Shown here: piece after piece, positions 57,650 through 64,000 of the stretch
Position numbering within the stretch: position 1 is the stretch's first letter
Layout of the letters: each line of letters opens with the position of its first letter
Source: Longimicrobiales bacterium
GTDB lineage: Bacteria; Gemmatimonadota; Gemmatimonadetes; Longimicrobiales; Gaopeijiaceae
NCBI GenBank assembly: GCA_965202805.1
Contig: OZ241869.1
Location: 64,001 to 128,000 of the forward strand
DNA length: 64,000 nucleotides
Direction of reading: 5' to 3'
Translations under genes and position numbers: made by a program
Notes under the pieces: model-generated
Database searches by the model: none
Told to the model about the DNA's origin: nothing
Seen by the model: only the letters and a program-made list of their open reading frames with translations

Positions 57650-58126
57650 ATGACGGGGTTCGGCGAGAGCTGGCGCTCGGACGCGGACGCACTGCGCGAG
57701 CGGGAGTTCGGGCACATCCTCTTCCTCTGCGTCGCCAACTCGGCGCGCAGTCAGATGGCCGAGGGGATCGCGCGCGACCTTGCGCCGGTCGGCGTCCGGG
57801 TCTCTTCCGCGGGCTCGGAGCCGGCGTCGGTGCGGCCGCAGGCGGTGGCGGCTCTGGCGGAGATCGGAGTCGACATCTCGGGTCACTACTCGAAAGCCGT
57901 GGATGACGTGGCGCGTCCGGTGGACGTCGTGGTCACGCTGTGCGCCGAGGAGGTTTGCCCTGTCTGGCTCGGGGATGCGCAGCGGGTGCACTGGGGGCTT
58001 CCCGATCCGGCCGCCGCTGTCGGGACACCGGAGGAGCAACTCGACGCTTTTCGGGAGGTGCGGGACGTGCTGCGGAGGCGGCTGGCGGTGGTGTTCGGGC
58101 GGCAGGCGCGTCCCTTGATCCCTTGA
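57650..58126 (+). CDS. arsC: Arsenate reductase, LMW-PTP family
   Basis: LFLCVANSARSQMAEG P-loop, SAGS, VVTLC...CPV, HWGLPDP. Confidence 0.8.
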   Translation: MTGFGESWRSDADALREREFGHILFLCVANSARSQMAEGIARDLAPVGVRVSSAGSEPASVRPQAVAALAEIGVDISGHYSKAVDDVARPVDVVVTLCAEEVCPVWLGDAQRVHWGLPDPAAAVGTPEEQLDAFREVRDVLRRRLAVVFGRQARPLIP

Positions 58127-58161
58127 AGGGGCTTTGGCGACGATGCCTTTCGGAGCCCGGA

Positions 58162-58563
58162 TCAGGCTTCGGCGGCGCCCCGGTTGAGCACCATCGCGAT
58201 CACCGCGCCGCCGGCCCCGTAGACGACCAGCGAGACCACGGTATCGCCGATGAGGGTGGCGATCGTGTGCATGCCCACCATCGTTCCGTACATCATCAGG
58301 CCGAAGGCAAGACCCATGACGGCTCCGATGATCGCTCCGGCCTGAAACCCCTCCTTCGCGTTCGCGACGCCCTTCCAGCCGAGGATGATGGCAAGGAACG
58401 CCGCTGAAAGGAGCTGACCCAGGGTCACCGCCCACATGACGGGCTCGGGGTTGATCGCGTCGTTGGCGAAGAAGTCCGCGAGCAGTACGCCGTAGATGAG
58501 GAAGCCCAGCACCCACAGGGTGATGCCGCCCGCGATCGTGGCCATGAGGAAGTTCTTGTTCAC
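58162..58563 (-). CDS. Four-TM membrane protein (DUF1761-like), paralog of 46797..47144
   Basis: GGAGG RBS and GTG start; hydrophobic 133 aa protein. Confidence 0.7.
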   Translation of the reverse strand: MNKNFLMATIAGGITLWVLGFLIYGVLLADFFANDAINPEPVMWAVTLGQLLSAAFLAIILGWKGVANAKEGFQAGAIIGAVMGLAFGLMMYGTMVGMHTIATLIGDTVVSLVVYGAGGAVIAMVLNRGAAEA

Positions 58564-58686
58564 GGATGCCTCCTGCGTGGGGTGCGGCGTGTACTTCGGA
58601 CGATCGCAAGATGCGGCGCCTGTTCGCGGGCGTGCAACACCGGCCTCGGAGCGCGGGACGTCTCCAGGCTCGACGGCCGCGCGTCG

Positions 58687-60954
58687 CTACGGAGGGGACA
58701 GGACCACGCGCGCGTCGGCCGGGACGGCGCGGTCGCCGTACGCAAACAGGGGATTGACCTCGACCTCGGCGACATCGCTCCAGGTCAGGACGCAGCCCGC
58801 CACGGCCTCGGCTGCCTGGATGATGCCGGCGAGGTCGACGGGAGGACGGCCCCGGCTTCCGGCGAGCAGGGGGCTGGTCCGCAGTTCCCCGATCATCATC
58901 TCGATGTCGCTTGGCCGTACGGGAAGCACCCGGTGGGCGACGTCGCGCAGCACCTCCACGTCGGTACCCCCGCTACCCAGGGTCAGCATGGGGCCGAGCT
59001 GGGGGTCTCGGTATGCGCCGATGAGCAGTTCGGCCCCGGGTGTGGGGAGCATGGGGGTGACCAGTACGGACCAGGCTTCCGCGGAAAGGCCTTCGGCGCG
59101 GGCGTAGGCATGGGCATTTGAGACGATGGCCTCGAAGGCGCGGGCGGCGGCGGCGCCGTCCGCCACGTCGAGCACCACCCCGCCGGCGTCCGACTTGTGG
59201 GTGATTCGCCGGGAGAGCAGCTTGACCGCCACCGGACACCCGAGGCGCTCGGCCGCCCGGGCCGCCGCGCCTCCCGAGTCGGCGACCTCGGCGGCCGGGA
59301 ACACCAGTCCGGCCGCCTCCAGCAGGGCGCGCGCCTCCAGTTCGGTCAGGGTGACCCGTCCTTCCGCCCGGGCCGCGCGGATCGCGGGATGAGGCAGGGG
59401 GGTGGCGGCCGGTTCGGGCGGCAGGGCGCCGATCCCGGAGGTGGCTGGCGGCGGATCAGGCTGCGGGTCGGGCGGGATCGAGCCCGCCCGGGAGCCGGTC
59501 CGCGGCGCACCGGGCTGCGGGTCGGACCCGGGAGGAAGCTCGTCGGGATTCCAGCGGGATGCGCGCCCCCGTCGCGACCGGCGCTCTAGTTCGATCGTGG
59601 CGCGGCATGCCGCTTCGAGCGACTCGATGACGGGGATGCCGGCCTCGACGAAGGCTTCCAGGGGCGGACTCTCGTGGCTCGCGTACATGGAGTGTACCAC
59701 CATGCCCTTCCCGAGGGCGCGCATCCTGGCCGCCATCGCCCGGGCGGCCGCGGTCTCGGGAGCGGTCAGGGTGTCGGAGAAGCGGATGCCGTAGCCGCCG
59801 AAGAGCCCCACCACCAGGACGATCCCGACCGCCGGGTCGGGCGCCAGCACGTCCAGGGCGCGCGCGAACGCACCCGGGTCGGCGTCCGCCGCCCCCGCCA
59901 CGTCCACCGGGTTGGCGACCGCGGCGGCCGGGCCCAGCACCTCCCTCAACCGGTCGCGGGTGTCGCGCGCAAGGGTTGCCAGCCGCGCCCCCGACTCGAC
60001 GATCGTGTCCACGGCCAGGGTGTTCTGCCCGCCGCCGTCCGAGAGGATGGCGATCCCGCTGCCGGCAGCCGCGGCGGGCTGCGACGTCAGCGCATGCGCG
60101 ACCGCGACCAGCTGGTCGGTACGGCGCACCTCGGTCACCCCGGCCTGCGCCAGCCCCGCCCGCAGGCGGTCGTACGGCCCCGCGACCGCCCCGGTGTGCG
60201 ACAGGGCCGCCCGGGCCCCCACGGCCGTCCGCCCCGACTTGATCGCCACCACCGGCTTGCGGGGCGTGACCCGGGCGGCGGCCCGCAGGAACGCGCGCGC
60301 GTCCGTGAAGCCCTCCACATGCGCGATCACCGCCCTCGTGTGCTCGTCTTCACCCAGGTACTCGAGCACCTCGCCGAACCCGACGTCCACCTGGTTGCCG
60401 AGCCCGCAGCACACGGAAACCCCCTCCCGCGTGCGCGCGCCGATCTCGTTCATGAGCCCGAGCGCGATGTTGCCCGACTGCACCAGCAGCGCGATGCCCC
60501 CCGGCCGCACGCCGCGCACGCCGATGAGGTTCACTGCCTTGTGCAGGTTCATCATTCCGGAGGTATTCGGGCCGATCACGCGGACGCCGTGCGCGCGCGC
60601 CGCCTCGCCCAGACGGGCCTCCAGCTCGGTCCCCCGGCTTCCCGATTCGCCGAATCCCACCGCGAGCACCACCACCCCGCCCACGCCCCGCTCCCCACAG
60701 GCGCGCACCAGGTCGGGCGCCATCTCCGCGGGGGTGCACAGGACGGCCAGATCCACACCGGCCGGCAGCGCCTCCAGGGATGTGAGCAGGACGTGTCCCA
60801 GGAGACGTCCGCCGCGCGGGTTCACCGCGTAGACCGGGCCCGCATAGCCCGACCTGGCCAGCCCGCGCAGGATCTGGTAGCCCCGCTTCGTCGGATTGGC
60901 GCTGGCCCCCACCACAGCGATCGAGGCCGGCTCGAAGATGCGCCGAAGGGTCAT
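58687..60954 (-). CDS. ADP-forming acyl-CoA synthetase (acetate-CoA ligase family, alpha-beta fusion)
   Basis: IAVVGAS, IGPNTSG, QSG, SHTGAVAG (phospho-His), ANPVD, HKSDAGGV, EVNPL. Confidence 0.92.
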   Translation of the reverse strand: MTLRRIFEPASIAVVGASANPTKRGYQILRGLARSGYAGPVYAVNPRGGRLLGHVLLTSLEALPAGVDLAVLCTPAEMAPDLVRACGERGVGGVVVLAVGFGESGSRGTELEARLGEAARAHGVRVIGPNTSGMMNLHKAVNLIGVRGVRPGGIALLVQSGNIALGLMNEIGARTREGVSVCCGLGNQVDVGFGEVLEYLGEDEHTRAVIAHVEGFTDARAFLRAAARVTPRKPVVAIKSGRTAVGARAALSHTGAVAGPYDRLRAGLAQAGVTEVRRTDQLVAVAHALTSQPAAAAGSGIAILSDGGGQNTLAVDTIVESGARLATLARDTRDRLREVLGPAAAVANPVDVAGAADADPGAFARALDVLAPDPAVGIVLVVGLFGGYGIRFSDTLTAPETAAARAMAARMRALGKGMVVHSMYASHESPPLEAFVEAGIPVIESLEAACRATIELERRSRRGRASRWNPDELPPGSDPQPGAPRTGSRAGSIPPDPQPDPPPATSGIGALPPEPAATPLPHPAIRAARAEGRVTLTELEARALLEAAGLVFPAAEVADSGGAAARAAERLGCPVAVKLLSRRITHKSDAGGVVLDVADGAAAARAFEAIVSNAHAYARAEGLSAEAWSVLVTPMLPTPGAELLIGAYRDPQLGPMLTLGSGGTDVEVLRDVAHRVLPVRPSDIEMMIGELRTSPLLAGSRGRPPVDLAGIIQAAEAVAGCVLTWSDVAEVEVNPLFAYGDRAVPADARVVLSPP

Positions 60955-61017
60955 CTCACAACCCCTGGAGGGATGATCCGCACGATGCTGCTCGCCGCCC
61001 GGCCGGTTACCACCCCA

Positions 61018-61815
61018 CTACCGGCCCCGATAGTCGGGAGCCCGGCCCTCCCGAAACGCAGCCACCCCTTCGGCCCAGTCATCCGTTCGGAAGATCTTCT
61101 CCAGCGCGGCTCGCTCCCGCTCCAGCGCCTGCTTGCGCGACAGGTTGCCGGCAGGCCCGATGAGCCGCTTCGCCTCCGCGAGCGGAATCGGAGCACGACG
61201 CGCCAGGCGGGCCGCCAGTTCCCGGGCCGCGGGCAGCACCTCGTCCGCGGGCAGCGCCCGGTTGACCAGCCCCATGCGGGCCGCCTCCGCCCCCGGGAAG
61301 AAGTCGCCCAGGTATACGAGTTCGCGGGCCTTGAGAACCCCGACCCGCTCGGCCAGGGTGTAGACCACGCCGCCTCCCAGGAAGGTGCCGAGCGCGATCT
61401 CGGGCAGCCTGAGCTTCGCGTCCTCCGCGACGATGGCGAAGTCCGCCGACAATGCCAGCTCGAGCCCCGCTCCGATGGCGTGACCGTTGACCGCCGCCAC
61501 CACCGGCGTACCCATCGTCTGAACCAGATGGTTGGCGCGCTGGGCGGTTCGCACATAGCGAGCCCGCTCCTCCTCCGTCATCGGCTGTTCGGCGTGCGCC
61601 TTCAGGTCCGCGCCGGCACAGAACGCCCGCCCGCTTCCGGTCACGATGACGCAGCGAGTGCCGCTGTCCGCTTCCGCAGCTTCCAGTTCCGCGACCAGCT
61701 TCTCGTAGAGCGGCAGGTTGACCGCATTCAGCCGGTGCGGACGATTAAGCGTGAGGGTCGCCAGCGCGCCTTCGCGCGATGCGAGCACCTCGCGTCCCTC
61801 GGGCTCAACAGCCAC
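61018..61815 (-). CDS. Enoyl-CoA hydratase/isomerase family protein
   Basis: LNRPHRLNA, AFCAGADL, AVNGHAIGAGLELAL, PEIALG. Confidence 0.92.
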   Translation of the reverse strand: MAVEPEGREVLASREGALATLTLNRPHRLNAVNLPLYEKLVAELEAAEADSGTRCVIVTGSGRAFCAGADLKAHAEQPMTEEERARYVRTAQRANHLVQTMGTPVVAAVNGHAIGAGLELALSADFAIVAEDAKLRLPEIALGTFLGGGVVYTLAERVGVLKARELVYLGDFFPGAEAARMGLVNRALPADEVLPAARELAARLARRAPIPLAEAKRLIGPAGNLSRKQALERERAALEKIFRTDDWAEGVAAFREGRAPDYRGR

Positions 61816-61875
61816 GATGCCGACTCCGCTTGCGTCCGCGACAAAAGACCGTTCGCGCAGATTCTCGCATGCTCA

Positions 61876-63561
61876 TCACGGTGCCCGTGCCTCCCCGGAA
61901 CCCTCCCCCTGGAAAGCCGCCCCGCCGCGCACCAGAGCGCGTCCCGCCAACGCCATCGTCGCCTCCCCGTCCCGGATGGCGAACGCTCCGTTCACCAGCA
62001 CGTGCACGGTCCCCTCCGAGTACTGGTGCGGATTCTCGTACGTGGCCATGTCCCGCACCGCGTCCAGCCGCAGCACGGTGATGTCGGCGAAGTATCCCTC
62101 GCGCAGGTACCCCCGTTCAGGCCACTCCAGGAAGTCGGCTGCGAGCCCGGTCATCGAACGCACCGCGTGCGGCAGGGTGATGAGGCCCTCGTCGAGCACG
62201 AGTTCGCGGATCTTCTTCGAGAACGACCCGAAGGCGCGGGGGTGGGTGATCGGCCGGGTGGGTCCCGGGTCGCGCCCGTCGGTGCAGGTCATCATCCAGT
62301 CGAGCTGCGCCAGGTAGCGCACGTTCTCGATGTCGTAGAGGCCGAGGTTCATCACCGCGGCGTTCCCCTCGCGCAGGATGTGGCGGGCCGCGGCGGAAGG
62401 CTGCATGCTCAGTTCGTCGGCCACCTCCCGGAGCGTCCGGCCGTTCAGTTCGGCCCGCCGGTCGGCGAACAGAAGGCGATCGGCCCCGCCCCGGATGGTG
62501 AGCATTTCGAGCGTCTGACGGTCGATCACCTGGACCGTGTCGGGGTCGTCGAAGCGCCGCAGCATCGCCGTGTCGCCCCCCGCCACAAACCAGCTCGGAA
62601 TCGTATACGAGCGCAGGTTGGACTGGGTCGCGGTGTAGGAGTGATGCGCGCCGGCGACCTGGACCCCGCGCGCCCGCGCCGCCTCGATCAGCGCCGCTCC
62701 CTCCGGGGCCCGGCCGTAGTTGTGGGCCCCCTGGGCGTTGAAATGGCTGAAAATGACCTTGGTCCCCGCCTCTTCGCCGATGCGGATGCCCTCCTCGATC
62801 GACTTCAGGTAGCCGAACGACGGATACGCGGCGCCGAGATCACGGTCGTGGGTGTCGTAGATCGCCCCCGGGTACTCGGCGGCGACCCGGTTCAGCTCGA
62901 TCACCTCTTCGGTCTCCGCGTAGTTGCCGGGCAGGTAGAAGAGCCCGGAGGAGAGGCCGTATGCGCCTTCCTCCATGCCCTTGCGCACCAGGGCGCGCAT
63001 CTCGTCCAGCTCGGCCTCGGTGGGCGCGCGGTCCGCCATCCCCAGCACCTGGCGCCGCACCCAGTTGTGGCCCACGGAGAGGAAGGCGTTCACGCCGATG
63101 CCGTCCGAGGCCCACTGGGCCAGCCGGTCCGCCACATGGGCCGAGCCGCCCCCGTCGAGCCCGAGCGCGACGGTCGTGATGCCCTGGAAGAGGAACGCGC
63201 GCGCATCCCGCCCGTGATCGGCGCCGAGTTCGGCGTGCGAGTGCATGTCGATGAAGCCGGGGGCGACCACCAGCCCGCGCGCGTCGATCGTGTCCAGCGC
63301 CGTGATCCCCGCGCTCGCGGCATCCCCCAGGAAGCGGATGCGGTCACCGGCCACGGCGATGTCGGCCGTCATCGCCTCGCCCCCCGAACCGTCCAGCACC
63401 GAGCCGCCGAGGATGAGGGTGTCGGCCGGGTCCCCGCCCGCCCTGCAGGCTGCGAGCGGGAGCGCAAGAAGGGGCACGCACCGGATCGCGCGGATCCAGG
63501 GGATGGACCGCACGGTCTGCAGGGAAGGGCCGGGCCCGACGGCGCACACCATCATCGGCAT
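61876..63561 (-). CDS. N-acyl-D-amino-acid deacylase (D-aminoacylase family) lipoprotein; start may be further downstream
   Basis: PGFIDMHSH, GLSSGLFYLPG, HPRAFGSF, GYFADI; LAAC lipobox. Confidence 0.88.
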   Translation of the reverse strand: MPMMVCAVGPGPSLQTVRSIPWIRAIRCVPLLALPLAACRAGGDPADTLILGGSVLDGSGGEAMTADIAVAGDRIRFLGDAASAGITALDTIDARGLVVAPGFIDMHSHAELGADHGRDARAFLFQGITTVALGLDGGGSAHVADRLAQWASDGIGVNAFLSVGHNWVRRQVLGMADRAPTEAELDEMRALVRKGMEEGAYGLSSGLFYLPGNYAETEEVIELNRVAAEYPGAIYDTHDRDLGAAYPSFGYLKSIEEGIRIGEEAGTKVIFSHFNAQGAHNYGRAPEGAALIEAARARGVQVAGAHHSYTATQSNLRSYTIPSWFVAGGDTAMLRRFDDPDTVQVIDRQTLEMLTIRGGADRLLFADRRAELNGRTLREVADELSMQPSAAARHILREGNAAVMNLGLYDIENVRYLAQLDWMMTCTDGRDPGPTRPITHPRAFGSFSKKIRELVLDEGLITLPHAVRSMTGLAADFLEWPERGYLREGYFADITVLRLDAVRDMATYENPHQYSEGTVHVLVNGAFAIRDGEATMALAGRALVRGGAAFQGEGSGEARAP

Positions 63562-63782
63562 CTTCTCCAGAGCGAGAGTCCCGTTTCGTCGGTGTCCCGC
63601 CCGGGCCGCCGGTTGTGTTCCGCGAATTCGAGCGATCTGCGAGGCGGACGACCGGGACCGGGATCGGGCGGTTCGGTTGATATACGAGCGACCAATCGAT
63701 TAGGCTAGGCCTTCCGACGGCTGGCCCGTCCGCCACGACCGGCAGCCGTCCATCCGCGCAACCCGACTACAGCGAGGCGCGC

Positions 63783-64000
63783 TTGGAATTCCTTGGTTTC
63801 AGCTTCATCGACGTCGGCGAACTGTGGCGGAGGGTGCTCGACTACGCGGCCCTGCGCTGGACACCGAGTCTGCTCGCGCTCCTGCTCGCCACGGTCGGCT
63901 ATTTTGTCGTCCGGGGGATCCTGGGCCGCGCGAAGAAGCGCTGGGTGCAGCGCACCGACACCCGGCTGGACGACTACCTGGTCGAGTTCCTGCTCCGCGC
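63783..64000 (+). CDS. 5' part of a membrane protein, possibly an MscS-family mechanosensitive channel
   Basis: GAGG then TTG 63783; frame open to the window end; TM segment followed by VQRTDTRLDDYLV, similar to MscS N-terminal regions. Confidence 0.45.
   Translation, partial: MEFLGFSFIDVGELWRRVLDYAALRWTPSLLALLLATVGYFVVRGILGRAKKRWVQRTDTRLDDYLVEFLLR

Noticed and set aside
57650..58126. ArsC with CVANSARS as an inactive variant
   Set aside because: The nucleophilic Cys, P-loop Arg and the two distal Cys (TLC, CPV) are all retained.
59390..59560. Pro-rich insertion in the acyl-CoA synthetase
   Set aside because: It lies at the alpha-beta fusion linker, where low-complexity variable sequence is expected.

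Overview
High-GC bacterial chromosomal window with dense housekeeping and accessory genes. The abundance of signal-peptide hydrolases, TonB receptors and DUF2911 paralogs suggests a Gemmatimonadota-like organism (inference only). Main contents: an S9-peptidase/beta-lactamase-fold fusion running into a RuBisCO-like protein-cupin-mtnA cluster (MTA-isoprenoid-shunt type), an M1 aminopeptidase, a tripartite RND efflux system, upp, an NAD-linked formate dehydrogenase (NuoEF-like subunit plus FdhF-like subunit), tRNA-Ile2(CAU), two TonB-dependent receptors, an oxc-like/frc/POT-transporter operon, an NRAMP-like transporter, a class V aminotransferase, a sulfite-oxidase-family/cytochrome c operon and acyl-CoA metabolism genes. 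Two genes are split in the ORF track by in-frame TGA codons that fall at catalytic Cys positions and are followed by SECIS-like hairpins, so both are read as selenoproteins: FdhF (TGA 20099-20101) and an OsmC-like protein (TGA 40147-40149) whose true stop overlaps the start of the sulfite-oxidase-family gene. Five toxin-antitoxin loci occur in 64 kb, two of them decayed (5'-truncated higB; orphan short hicB), and neither decayed part appears in the ORF track. No CRISPR array, rRNA, transposase or integrase was seen. All family assignments come from motif recognition by eye, not from database searches.
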